In this document: positions 1 through 9,276 of the stretch, piece by piece
How the letters are laid out: every line of letters begins with the position of its first letter
Position numbering within the stretch: position 1 is the first letter of the stretch
Assembly: GCA_019056785.1 (NCBI GenBank)
Contig: DXJV01000101.1
Location: 1-30,328, forward strand
Reading direction: 5' to 3'
DNA: 30,328 nucleotides
Source of the DNA: Candidatus Heimdallarchaeota archaeon
GTDB lineage: Archaea > Asgardarchaeota > Heimdallarchaeia > JABLTI01
Notes under the pieces: model-generated
Told to the model about the DNA's origin: nothing
The model's database searches: none
What the model saw: the letters and a program-made list of their open reading frames with translations, nothing else
Translations under genes and position numbers: made by a program

Positions 1-377
1 TTCCGCTCTTCAGAAGTGAGAATGTGGGGTGGTTTCGAGCAAATAACGCCCTTTACGAGCGTACCATCGCGAATTTTAATGAGCACCCGTTGGCTCAGCA
101 ACACCTGGTCCCACCAGCCCCCTAAAGGATTAAAAGTGATAAAACCACTTTTGTTTATCCCGGAAACAATGAAACCAACTTCATCATTGTGACCGGCAAG
201 CATTATCTTTGGTCCTTTATCCCCTTTTTTAAAGATGATAGAACCTATGCGGTCTTGCAACACTTCGTCAGCAAATTGTTGCGTATATTCTTTTACTTGC
301 TTAGTGACGTCGCGTTCAAAACCCGAAGGGCCAAAAGCATTTGTCCATTTTTCGAGTTCCTTAATATTTAAGTTCAT
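1..377 (-). CDS. M42 family metallopeptidase (TET-like aminopeptidase), N-terminal part; runs off the window start
   Basis: Not in the ORF track. Manual translation from ATG 377: MNLNIKELEKWTNAFGPSGFERDV...PKIMLAGHNDEVGFIV...FNPLGGWWDQVLLSQRV...KPPHIL. GPSGxE, HxDEVG, LGGW and KPPH are M42 motifs. Confidence 0.92.
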   Translation of the reverse strand, partial: MNLNIKELEKWTNAFGPSGFERDVTKQVKEYTQQFADEVLQDRIGSIIFKKGDKGPKIMLAGHNDEVGFIVSGINKSGFITFNPLGGWWDQVLLSQRVLIKIRDGTLVKGVICSKPPHILTSEER

Positions 378-470
378 TTTTTTACACTCGCCAAGGTCTT
401 ATTTTCAATTGTTTTTAAACGTTTAATTTCTTTTTAATTTTTTGCTTTTTTCATATAATTTTTATCTAAT

Positions 471-490
471 AAAAAAGCCTTTTATTTTAG
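471..490 (+). promoter_or_regulatory. Putative archaeal BRE/TATA promoter for the TPR-longin gene
   Basis: AAAAAAGCCTTTTATTTT about 20-35 nt upstream of ATG 510. Similar AAAGC/CC-TTTT(T)A words precede the genes starting at 14967, about 25570 and 29868. Confidence 0.4.
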
Positions 491-509
491 AACTTTCAAT
501 AAATTAGTC

Positions 510-2636
510 ATGCAATTACTCTTTGATTCCTTTATACAACGCTTCCCGCAAGAACTCCGTAACCGGTTGAAAACTGCAGTTGCCCATCAGACCCATCTAA
601 ATCCTGTAGAACGACTTCATGCCGGAACATGCCTTGTGTTAAAGGAGCAGCTGGCAGAGATCCAAGAATTGAGGGAATTACAAACAAAGAAAATTGATAT
701 CGCTTCTTCAAAAAACCCTTTTAACATATTTAAAAAAACTCGGATGAAAAAGCGGATTCAGTTACAGATTAAAAACAAGTTAATACTTGCTAAAGAAAAC
801 GCCTTCCAGTTAGCTTCTTTAAGTGGTTATCTTATTCCCCTTATGAGGGCTACAAAAGATTATCTTACATTATTAAAACAAATTGAACATCCATACGTTC
901 AACTTCTTTATACTTATTTTGCTAGTGGTGGTACTAACAATCAGGAAACACGAGAGAAAATAGAGGAAAATATCAAACAACTTGAACAGCACCCCAGCTA
1001 TAATCACGAAATGCGGGGTTTTGTTTGTGCCATACGCTCATGGCTCTATGGAACTATTGGTGACACGATGGTTTTAAAAAGCATTTTCAAATACATCCGA
1101 GAGCGTCTCCCAGTAACTGAGAATATAGTTGAAATACGTGGCTTACAAGATGCCGCCACAAATGCTATCTGGTGGTTCCTTCATTCTGGTGTAGAATCCA
1201 ATATTGATGAAATGATCTCCTTTCTGGAACCTTTCATTTTGAAATATAAGTTGTACATGTCTTATACCGATTTCTTAAATTTGAAGGGTGCAGTTAACAG
1301 TTATTTTGGTAATACAGCTGAATCGATAGAGAATTTCACACAACTTATGAATGAGCATGAAAAATATCATAATGATTACCGGCTTTCAATAGCTATTGGC
1401 AACCTTGCAGAATCGTTTTCTGCTGAAGGGAAGATCGTTAAAGCAAAGGAAATGATGGAAAGAGCAATCAAACTCTATAAAGAGTCTACTGGACGATGGC
1501 CCTATCTTTACTTAACTGAAATTGGGAATATCTATTATCTTATGAACGACCCCCGTGCAGAAGAATCATTTCTTCAAGCCTTTGAAATCAAGAAAAATGA
1601 AACCTCCCTTTTCAAAGCCTTCATTCTGTTCGAATTGATTCATTTTTACCTCCGAACTGAACAGTTAGACAAAGTAGATGCCTATTTGAAAGAAATGCGA
1701 TTTCTTGCTCGTGAGTTGGAAACTCTATCAGTTAATGCATCTTTAGATTATCTTCTTGGCTTTAATGACATGTTACAACAGAATTTCTCCTATGCAATTA
1801 AGTACCTCCAATCCTCTTTGGAACAAGCACATTTAAGCAAAAATTCTGACTTGATTCTTTCGAATAACATCTTATTAGCTGCGATTCACTTACAACGGTA
1901 TCGAATAAATGAGAAAGATGAAGAATTAAATAATGCATTGAACTACTTGGAGACTGCAATCAAGTTAGCAGAAGAGTTTGATCATGTGCAAGTTTTAGCT
2001 ATCGGATTAGTGATACGAGCATACTTGAACGCAAGTAAAGGTGAATTTTCGAAAGCTTTTGATGACTTGGAACAAATAAAAGAAATCTCGGATCGAATGG
2101 ATTTTGAGCAATGGAAACAAGAATATCAAACGGTTGTTGATCTTGTTGTGAAAGGAGAAAAAGAAGGGAAACTAAAGGTCCAGGAAGAAACAATTTTCAA
2201 ATATATTTTACCTCAAATTAAGTCGATGCTTTCTTTCAAATTACCAGAGCGCAAGCATCGAAAATCTATTGTTTTGGGATTGCTAGTAATAAATGATAGC
2301 GGTATACCTGTTTTCACGAAACTAAGTAAGAATCTCGAGACAGATAAATTGATACTTTCTGGCCTTATAACTGCCATTAGTCATTTTTCAGAATCTATTA
2401 TAAGTGGCAAAGATAAAGGACGCTTACGAGAAATTCTTTATGAAGGTATTTGGCTCACAACGCAACCGGTAAAAAATGGTCTTGTGGTTGTTATCGCTGA
2501 AGAAGCCACAGCAGAAATTCGAATCTGGGCAAGTAGTATCGCAAATCGCATAAAAGAGGTTCCTGCAATTGTGGAAATGAAAAATGAATTAACAATCGAT
2601 ATTGATGATATTTTGAAACAGATGAATTTCTCGTAA
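510..2636 (+). CDS. TPR-repeat protein with C-terminal longin/roadblock-like domain
   Basis: 708 aa. Helical TPR-like repeats (AIGNLAESFSAEGKIVKAKEMMERAIKL; EIGNIYY; ALNYLETAIKLAEE). C-terminal ~120 aa (GLLVINDSGIPVF...LILSGLITAISHFSESI...LREILY...LVVVIA) follows the profilin-like longin/roadblock pattern. Confidence 0.75.
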   Translation: MQLLFDSFIQRFPQELRNRLKTAVAHQTHLNPVERLHAGTCLVLKEQLAEIQELRELQTKKIDIASSKNPFNIFKKTRMKKRIQLQIKNKLILAKENAFQLASLSGYLIPLMRATKDYLTLLKQIEHPYVQLLYTYFASGGTNNQETREKIEENIKQLEQHPSYNHEMRGFVCAIRSWLYGTIGDTMVLKSIFKYIRERLPVTENIVEIRGLQDAATNAIWWFLHSGVESNIDEMISFLEPFILKYKLYMSYTDFLNLKGAVNSYFGNTAESIENFTQLMNEHEKYHNDYRLSIAIGNLAESFSAEGKIVKAKEMMERAIKLYKESTGRWPYLYLTEIGNIYYLMNDPRAEESFLQAFEIKKNETSLFKAFILFELIHFYLRTEQLDKVDAYLKEMRFLARELETLSVNASLDYLLGFNDMLQQNFSYAIKYLQSSLEQAHLSKNSDLILSNNILLAAIHLQRYRINEKDEELNNALNYLETAIKLAEEFDHVQVLAIGLVIRAYLNASKGEFSKAFDDLEQIKEISDRMDFEQWKQEYQTVVDLVVKGEKEGKLKVQEETIFKYILPQIKSMLSFKLPERKHRKSIVLGLLVINDSGIPVFTKLSKNLETDKLILSGLITAISHFSESIISGKDKGRLREILYEGIWLTTQPVKNGLVVVIAEEATAEIRIWASSIANRIKEVPAIVEMKNELTIDIDDILKQMNFS

Positions 2637-2679
2637 ATTGTCTTTACCTTTAAAAAGCTTGGAAGGGCTTATTCTTCTC

Positions 2680-3108
2680 ATGAATATCCGCCAAGCAACT
2701 GCTGAAGATTTAAAAGAGGTTATTGCTATCTGGAGAGCAGCAAGTCTACCCAATAAACCAAAAGGTAGGGACCACCCTTTCCAACTTAAAAAACAGCTTT
2801 TACAAGAGAATTTTTGGCTTCTGGTAATGGAAGATAAAGGACAAATTGTTGGAACAGTTATGGTTACTCATGACTCGAGGAAAGGCTGGATCAATCGATT
2901 AGCAGTACATCCAGACCACCAGCACAAAGGAATTGCTTTGAAATTACTAGAAGAATCAGAAAAAATCCTCTTAGCAGCTGGAATAGAGGTTTACGCTGCG
3001 TTAATTGAAAGTGGCAACAACCCTTCGCGAAAACTATTTGAAAAAGCTGGTTATACTTTTCATGAAAAGATTGTTTATTATAGCAAAAGACTTTCGCAGG
3101 ATTCATGA
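2680..3108 (+). CDS. GNAT family N-acetyltransferase
   Basis: MNIRQAT start (ATG 2680 preferred over TTG 2638); acetyl-CoA motif RLAVHPDHQHKGIALKLL; NxxSxxLFEKAGY. Confidence 0.9.
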   Translation: MNIRQATAEDLKEVIAIWRAASLPNKPKGRDHPFQLKKQLLQENFWLLVMEDKGQIVGTVMVTHDSRKGWINRLAVHPDHQHKGIALKLLEESEKILLAAGIEVYAALIESGNNPSRKLFEKAGYTFHEKIVYYSKRLSQDS

Positions 3109-3145
3109 TAAAAAGAAGCTGTGCCTGCCTGTTCAGCAGGCAAAT

Positions 3146-4309
3146 TTAAAAAGAAGGCAATTTTTTCACTTTTTTTGGCTCTTTTGATAGATTTGCTCCT
3201 GTTTCAACATCCAATTCCTCAACATAGTGAATTTCGCCGCTAATTCGCGCATCAGTTTCGATATAAATAACTTCGCCATAGACATTTTTTGCCCGGGCCT
3301 TTTCTTCTATTGTAATGTCCTTTCCAATGAGATCATCTACGGTAGCTTTTTCAGAAATAATGATTTTATCGGCAATTACAGGGCAAGTGGCAAGTCCTCT
3401 CCGGCCAATTTTGAAATAGTTTCCTTGAATTCTCGAGGCGCGAATTTCGTTTCCAATTGTAATCTCGTTTCCATATAAATTCCCATCGATTACGCAGGAA
3501 CCTCCAACTGCGAGCCGCCCTTCAGTAGTAATGTCGTCATCAATGATGAGAGTGCCACCAACAGAAAGATTTTTCCCAGTTGCTTTCGCTTCGATTTTTA
3601 TTGTTCCGCCAACGGTTAATGAGCCAAACTCGAATTCTTCTTCTGCTTTAAAAGAGCCTCCAACATTTGCATTTGCAATCTTTGCTGATTCCTCAAGTTT
3701 AATTGTGCCACCAACGTCAATTGTATCAATATCCACCTCTCCTTCTGCTTGAAATGTCCCACCAACTTTTACCTCTAAAAATTTCCCACTTTCTACTTTT
3801 GCTGTCCCTCCTACACGAAGATTTTCGATATCTGCCTGTCCTTCTAGTTTAACTGTTCCTCCAACTGAGATTGCGCCAATATTGCAATCGCCCTCGATTT
3901 TCATTGTTCCTCCGACTTGTACGGTTTCAGCTGCGACATTTCCTTCGACTTTCAAAGTACCTCCAACTTTAATTTCATCGCTTTGAAGATCGCCTTCTAC
4001 TTCTAAAACGCCTCCAACTGCAATTTCAGGGGATAAAAGAGCCCCCTCAACAGAAAGCCGTTTGTCGATTCGAATGTGTTTCTTCACAGAGAGATCGCCT
4101 TCAACTGTAAGGGAGCCACGTTTGCAGCGAATGCTTATAGCAGTAAGATTGCCAACCACAGAAAAACTTCCTTTTGAAGTTATCGTACCGGCGATGTATA
4201 TTTCTTCATCTTTTGCGACAAGAGTTGCACCATCGCCGACTTCCACATTGTTATCGATGTGGTCTAGCTCGATTCGTTTTCCAGGGGGAATAAATTCTTT
4301 ATCGTCCAT
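3146..4309 (-). CDS. Long bactofilin-like (polymer-forming cytoskeletal) beta-solenoid protein
   Basis: 387 aa, V/G/I/E-rich; 11 consecutive ~17-aa repeats of xVGG(T/S/V)xxxEG; no signal peptide or TM helix. Confidence 0.75.
   Translation of the reverse strand: MDDKEFIPPGKRIELDHIDNNVEVGDGATLVAKDEEIYIAGTITSKGSFSVVGNLTAISIRCKRGSLTVEGDLSVKKHIRIDKRLSVEGALLSPEIAVGGVLEVEGDLQSDEIKVGGTLKVEGNVAAETVQVGGTMKIEGDCNIGAISVGGTVKLEGQADIENLRVGGTAKVESGKFLEVKVGGTFQAEGEVDIDTIDVGGTIKLEESAKIANANVGGSFKAEEEFEFGSLTVGGTIKIEAKATGKNLSVGGTLIIDDDITTEGRLAVGGSCVIDGNLYGNEITIGNEIRASRIQGNYFKIGRRGLATCPVIADKIIISEKATVDDLIGKDITIEEKARAKNVYGEVIYIETDARISGEIHYVEELDVETGANLSKEPKKVKKLPSF
3495..4025 (-). repeat. Degenerate ~51-nt coding tandem repeat (VGG windings)
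   Basis: CC(T/A/G)CC(A/G/T)AC recurs at about 51-nt spacing on the + strand, matching the 11 VGG motifs. Confidence 0.8.
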
Positions 4310-4335
4310 TTTGCTATCACTACCTTGTCTTGCTA

Positions 4336-4428
4336 TTATCTTCCACCTAACAGGTAATAATTTACTTTAGCTTGTCGTTTTTCTTTGGTTATTTTTTGTC
4401 TGATTTTCTCTTTTTTATCGTGTTTCAT
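4336..4428 (-). CDS. Putative 30-aa basic small protein upstream of the bactofilin-like gene
   Basis: MKHDKKEKIRQKITKEKRQAKVNYYLLGGR*. Its start context (GGTTGATAGAAAAATG) resembles that of the downstream gene (GGTAGTGATAGCAAAATG). Confidence 0.45.
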   Translation of the reverse strand: MKHDKKEKIRQKITKEKRQAKVNYYLLGGR

Positions 4429-4512
4429 TTTTCTATCAACCTTAATTATTCGGTAAGTATCATACTCGTTATTTATTTAAAAAGCAAATTCACTTTTAAG
4501 AGACTCAAATTG

Positions 4513-4531
4513 AGGTCACAAAATGTGACCT
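4513..4531. promoter_or_regulatory. Perfect inverted repeat AGGTCACA-AAA-TGTGACCT; candidate operator or terminator hairpin
   Basis: 8-bp arms with a 3-nt spacer, about 30 bp upstream of a minus-strand TATA-like TTTTAAATAAAT and downstream of the methyltransferase stop. Confidence 0.5.
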
Positions 4532-4597
4532 TCAAAAAATAAAAAAAGCCAATTTTTTGGTTAAGAAAGATGCAATTGTTCTTTTAAAGTGCGCTGT

Positions 4598-5389
4598 TTA
4601 TTGTTTCTCAAGCCTTTGTTGTGCCAGTTGTAAATACTGTGGATCGATTTCAAAACCAACATAATGGCATCCAAGTTTCTTTGCAGCAAGAGCTGTGGAC
4701 CCACTCCCCATGAACGGGTCGAGAACGATAAACGGTTCTTTTTTTTGCAATCCATGAAGTTTAATGCACATCTCTGCCAATTTAACCGGGAAAGCAGCCG
4801 GGTGTGCTTTTTTTTCTTGAACAGTCTCGTAGGGTATGAACCACTGGTTTCCTCTCCCTCGCAAATCCTGTTTGGCATGTTTCCAACGGCCGATATTACT
4901 TTTATCTGCATACGGAACTCCTATGGCCAATTTGTCTAAAATAACATCTCCCTTTTTAGTGAAATGAAAAATGTATTCATGTGAGTTATTCAGATATCTT
5001 TCTGAATTGACTGGTTTATAATGTCCAATGTTTATCTTCTTTTCAGGAATAGCTATAGATTTAACCCAATGAATGGTATTTTGTAATTTAAAAAAACGAG
5101 CAAATTCCTGAGCAATTTTGAACGCTCGAAATTCATCTGAGGGCTTATCTCCAAGGTTAAGAAACAAAGAACCCTTGTCATTTAACACACGATAACAAGC
5201 TTGAGCAACATCGCCCATCCACTGTAAATAGTCTTTAAAAGGTTGTTTGTCATGGTAGACGCTGTAATCGATACCAATATTATAAGGTGGAGAAGTAACT
5301 ATTACTTCAATGGATTTTTCCGGCAATACTGCGTTCATACCTTTGATGCAATCCATTTGAAAGATCGTATCGAGCCAGTTATTTTTCAT
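4598..5389 (-). CDS. Site-specific DNA amino-methyltransferase (N6_N4_Mtase family, beta class, probably m4C)
   Basis: TSPPYN catalytic motif near the N-terminus; HPAAFP; VLDPFMGSGST SAM-binding motif and GFEID near the C-terminus. Confidence 0.93.
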   Translation of the reverse strand: MKNNWLDTIFQMDCIKGMNAVLPEKSIEVIVTSPPYNIGIDYSVYHDKQPFKDYLQWMGDVAQACYRVLNDKGSLFLNLGDKPSDEFRAFKIAQEFARFFKLQNTIHWVKSIAIPEKKINIGHYKPVNSERYLNNSHEYIFHFTKKGDVILDKLAIGVPYADKSNIGRWKHAKQDLRGRGNQWFIPYETVQEKKAHPAAFPVKLAEMCIKLHGLQKKEPFIVLDPFMGSGSTALAAKKLGCHYVGFEIDPQYLQLAQQRLEKQ

Positions 5390-5600
5390 TATTCTCTCAA
5401 AACACCTTTATTTTAGAGATTGGCAAATAGTTCTCTGTTATTAAGCTATTCTTTTTAGCTTTAAAAAGTCCTAAGATGTTGGTTCTTTATTAAACATACT
5501 CTTTCCTCATTAATAAAATATTTAATTACAAAACTCTTTTCTAATTCTGTCCATTTAAGAGTATTCGACAAAAATTGTATTATTCATTTGAGGGTGACCT

Positions 5601-6128
5601 TTGAAAGAAATCTATTTAACATGTGACTCCCCTTGTTTCAGTTGTCCCGTAATTGGTAGATTACTTAGGATCACAAATTTCAATCAAAGAAAACTTGAAA
5701 ATGCTTTCTACTGCAATGAGTGTGATATTTATTATCTTTGTCGAAAGGGATTGGCTTTTACAAGAACAAATGCCGGTGATTTAAAACCCATTTGTACAAA
5801 ATGTGGGCGTTACCTTCAAACAGTGGAATTAAGTTATGAAGTCGGGCAAGATGAAAGACCTTTTTCCTCTGCAAATATCTTAATTGTTAGAAAAGAAAAT
5901 GGCTCTGGGTACACCATCCTCCAGGGTATCAAAGGCGCCTATTTCAAAGACTTGGCAGAGGTCTTTCTCTATATTTTGTTTACTTTTGGTGCAGATAAAT
6001 ATAATATTGTCAATTATAACTCAACAACAAAGCAATTCAATGAGATCTTTGATGGTGAACTCTTTGAAGATAAAGTTGTTCTGCGTTTAAATGCCCCTAT
6101 AATTGATGGTTATCGTATAGTTTTCTAA
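5601..6128 (+). CDS. Cys-rich putative zinc-binding hypothetical protein
   Basis: TTG start after GAGGGTGA SD; CxxxCxxC, CxxC, C and CxxC in the first 70 aa. Confidence 0.65.
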   Translation: MKEIYLTCDSPCFSCPVIGRLLRITNFNQRKLENAFYCNECDIYYLCRKGLAFTRTNAGDLKPICTKCGRYLQTVELSYEVGQDERPFSSANILIVRKENGSGYTILQGIKGAYFKDLAEVFLYILFTFGADKYNIVNYNSTTKQFNEIFDGELFEDKVVLRLNAPIIDGYRIVF

Positions 6129-6143
6129 AGAGCACTAAATGAA

Positions 6144-6605
6144 TTATTGTTGAATTTCGGCCCCACAGTTTTTACAAAATCTGCTCCCAGGTTCAAGTTG
6201 TGCGCCACAAAAACTGCAATAGCGTGTTTCAGGTTTTTCGCTAATTGTAGATAAAGTTGCTGAGGGCATTAATGATTTATCCTCAGAAGGAATGTATTCT
6301 TGAGAGTTATCTGAAAAGTAGCGCGCTTCGGGTTCAAATGCTACCGTCGGTTGTTTATAAACAAAGAACCTTATTGTTGAAACTATTGCTGATAGAATAA
6401 AGAAACCAATTATTAACCAGATCCAGAATTCATTCCCCCACCAGTGAAATACTAAATATCCCAGAACATAAAAAAGTACAAAGAAAAATATGGCAGAAAT
6501 CCAAGGTTGAATTACTCGCCGATAGAGCCGCCGTTGTGAGTTCATTTTAAGTTCAGCTACCAAGCTTGATTTGTTACATTCATCTATTAAAATCATTTCA
6601 TTCAT
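6144..6605 (-). CDS. Two-TM membrane protein with C-terminal double zinc ribbon
   Basis: Two hydrophobic helices, then YCSFCGAQLEPGSRFCKNCG. ATG 6605 avoids overlap with the DUF302 gene. Confidence 0.8.
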   Translation of the reverse strand: MNEMILIDECNKSSLVAELKMNSQRRLYRRVIQPWISAIFFFVLFYVLGYLVFHWWGNEFWIWLIIGFFILSAIVSTIRFFVYKQPTVAFEPEARYFSDNSQEYIPSEDKSLMPSATLSTISEKPETRYCSFCGAQLEPGSRFCKNCGAEIQQ

Positions 6606-6609
6606 TTTT

Positions 6610-6975
6610 TTAAAATCGTTCCCACGCTTTGTGGACCATTTTTCTTGTTTCTTCAATTACTGGCTGCATCGCCTTGGGTGAAGCAAGTCCAACTTCCTTT
6701 GCAATTTTCATAATCGAGACATGAGAAACTATTATTTTATCGTCTAGCTCATAAACTACAAAACTACAGGGAAAAAGCAAACCCACATTGAATGATGCTT
6801 CTAACCCCATTTTTGCCAATTTTGGTCCACAAGCAAGAATCGTAGTGTATCGAGGGTGATCCATTATACCCAATTTTTTCTTAAAAATTTCATCAATTGA
6901 TTTTACAAGAAGAATACTAAAGCCTTCCTCTTCACAAATTGTTTTGACATGTTCTACAGCATTTTCGAAACTCAT
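6610..6975 (-). CDS. DUF302 domain protein
   Basis: SFENAV...EEGFSIL...FKKKLG...YTTILACGPKLA...GLLFPCSFVVYE matches the DUF302 C-x-P / LLPC pattern. Confidence 0.85.
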   Translation of the reverse strand: MSFENAVEHVKTICEEEGFSILLVKSIDEIFKKKLGIMDHPRYTTILACGPKLAKMGLEASFNVGLLFPCSFVVYELDDKIIVSHVSIMKIAKEVGLASPKAMQPVIEETRKMVHKAWERF

Positions 6976-7080
6976 TGCACGTTCTTTTTAATATATCAAC
7001 CATTACAAAAGCACCATGTGATTATAGATTCATCATCATTAAAAGGGACATGCTTGAAAAAGTAAAGAGAAAGCCTTTCC

Positions 7081-7968
7081 TTATTTTCTTTTTTTCTTTC
7101 GTGCATGGATTTTATCCCGTTCATTCATTAAATCGGCTAAAAATTCTGAGGGGATGGTGAAATAGTCATCTAGAAAATCGAATTCGAAACTAACTTTGTA
7201 TTTTCTCCCGAGTCGAGTGACTTCGTATAATTCATATGTTATTTCGGAGACTTGCTCAGGCATGTATTTTTTAATTACTTTTTTGAATGCTCTGGCGAGT
7301 TCTGCTGTTGTTAAATCATGGTTGAACTCAGGATAAATGGTATATGTTTTACATCGTTCTTCTGTTCCGAAACGAGTGACCTTTGTAGAGGCAATTTCTT
7401 GATTCGAAATTAAAACGGTGGTGTTTTTCCGAGTAATGAGTTTTGTATAATTTGGTGTCATCTCTGCTACAATGCCCTCGACATCACCGATTTGAATATA
7501 GTCGCCCAAACTAAAGGGGCGTGTAATTAAAACAGTAAAACCAGACATTAAGTTGCCAACCGTCTTTGTAGATGCGAAACCAATAGCCGCACCAAGGATT
7601 GTTGAAAGCGTTATACCAAGCTCTGCCGGGAGGCCACCAAAAGCAGCAATCAAAGAAAAGCCGATGATAACCACTAAGATGCGGCTGATAAATGCTGTGC
7701 TATTGATCACTTCATCTGCCCAGTCTTTCTTTTTCCCGAATTTCTTAATCATCCACCGGCTAAATCGAGCAATAATGGCGGTGACAAAGAGTAAGAGCAA
7801 AATAATAATCACAGAGATAAGTAGATTTATCCCGTAGTCATTTAGAAACATCAAAATTTCATTCCATTGATCAATGAAGAAATTTTTAAGATCTTCCCAG
7901 AAGCTTCCTTTCGTAAAAAATCCCGTCCATTTGATTGGTGCATTCTCAAGAATTTCAAACAATGGCAT
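7081..7968 (-). CDS. Small-conductance mechanosensitive channel (MscS family)
   Basis: Three TM helices, then GAAIGFA...GNLMSG...RPFSLGDYIQIGDVEGIVAEM...TKLIT...VLISN. Confidence 0.9.
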   Translation of the reverse strand: MPLFEILENAPIKWTGFFTKGSFWEDLKNFFIDQWNEILMFLNDYGINLLISVIIILLLLFVTAIIARFSRWMIKKFGKKKDWADEVINSTAFISRILVVIIGFSLIAAFGGLPAELGITLSTILGAAIGFASTKTVGNLMSGFTVLITRPFSLGDYIQIGDVEGIVAEMTPNYTKLITRKNTTVLISNQEIASTKVTRFGTEERCKTYTIYPEFNHDLTTAELARAFKKVIKKYMPEQVSEITYELYEVTRLGRKYKVSFEFDFLDDYFTIPSEFLADLMNERDKIHARKKKRK

Positions 7969-8049
7969 GAAATTTTCAAACTCCTAATTCTCTTAAGGTT
8001 TTATATGTATTCAATAGCAAGGTTTCAAAAGTATTTTTTGATTGCTATC

Positions 8050-9276
8050 TTATTTTTTTTTAATGTTCTTTTGTAAATATCGGTATTTTGGCTTTAAGAT
8101 TGTTCGTAAAAGTTTTTTTTTCTTTCTTGATGTAAGTGCGTAATTAACTCCTCGGAGTAATGCTTTAACATGATTGTCCCAATTTCTATTGTCAATTAAT
8201 TCTTTTCCTTGTCTGCTAATTTCATCTCGCAATTTTGGATTATTAGTAAGTAATAAAATGGCTTCTTTTATCTCCTCGGGATCATTGATGTTTTCAACCA
8301 AAATGACATTTTTTTTGTGGATGATATCTTTATCATGTCGAAAGGCAGAGGTAATGACTGCCAATTGGCAAGACATCGCCTCAAAAACAGTGAAGCAAGA
8401 GGACTCATTTAGTGAAGGGGAGGTGAAAAAGTCTGCTGCAACATAATGGCTGTGAAGCTCCTCTTCCGGCACGAAGCCTGTGAAAATCATTCTCTCTTTG
8501 TTTTTAAAAGGAAAACTCGAGTAATTTTCCCAATCAGGGCCGTCCCCTACAAAAAGAGCATACAGGTTCTTTGCTTCATCCATTGCTTTGTCAGTTCCCT
8601 TGAGCAAGTTTTTAATATTCTTCTCTTTTGCAAGTCGTCCAACATAAATTGAGACAATAGCATCTTTTGGAATACCATGCCGCTTTCGTATGTCGAATTT
8701 TGGCTTCCCTGGATGAAACTTTTCTTTGTTTATGGCAAATGTCGTTCTAAAAATGCGTTCCTCTGGAACTCCCAGGTCCAACAATTTTGCTTTAAAGCGC
8801 TCCGTAGCACAGAAAAAGACATCAATAATTCCTGCGTAAAAAATTTGAGAAAGGGTGATTATCGTCACATTATACCAGAATCGAGGTGTGTGTAAAACGT
8901 TTCGTAGAATGACGCGCTCATCTTGATGAATAAAAATCCCAACCTTTTTAGACATCATCTTTGCGAGAATGGCGCCTAATACACCGATTGTCGCAGGAGA
9001 ATGAGTAATAACGAAATCTGCTTCTTTAATGGCTTTATACATCCGTTGATCCGGCAATGCAAACCAATAGCCTTCTTCATTAAAGCCCGGGTTGAAGCAA
9101 CGACTAACAGTAAAACCCGGGAAGGGGTGCTCAATATAAGGAGTATTTTCAAATTTTGGGCAAACGAGATTAACTTCATGGCCTGCTTTCACCAGCGCCG
9201 GAATAACATAGTCAAAATAGCGTGTTACGCCATCATACACTGGTTTGTAGGAATCACAGAGGAAACAAATCTTCAT
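8050..9276 (-). CDS. Glycosyltransferase family 4 (GT-B)
   Basis: MKICFLCDSYKPVYDGV; YVGRLAKEKN; VGDGP; PSLNE...VFEAMSC. Confidence 0.92.
   Translation of the reverse strand: MKICFLCDSYKPVYDGVTRYFDYVIPALVKAGHEVNLVCPKFENTPYIEHPFPGFTVSRCFNPGFNEEGYWFALPDQRMYKAIKEADFVITHSPATIGVLGAILAKMMSKKVGIFIHQDERVILRNVLHTPRFWYNVTIITLSQIFYAGIIDVFFCATERFKAKLLDLGVPEERIFRTTFAINKEKFHPGKPKFDIRKRHGIPKDAIVSIYVGRLAKEKNIKNLLKGTDKAMDEAKNLYALFVGDGPDWENYSSFPFKNKERMIFTGFVPEEELHSHYVAADFFTSPSLNESSCFTVFEAMSCQLAVITSAFRHDKDIIHKKNVILVENINDPEEIKEAILLLTNNPKLRDEISRQGKELIDNRNWDNHVKALLRGVNYALTSRKKKKLLRTILKPKYRYLQKNIKKK

Noticed and set aside
189-426. Two short + strand ORFs
   Set aside because: They are antisense to the clear M42 peptidase gene.
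3495-4025. Regularly spaced DNA repeats as a possible CRISPR array
   Set aside because: The repeats are short, degenerate at third codon positions and in frame within a CDS.
3227-4370. + strand Ser/Pro/Thr-rich ORFs with apparent repeats
   Set aside because: Antisense shadows of the VGG-repeat gene.
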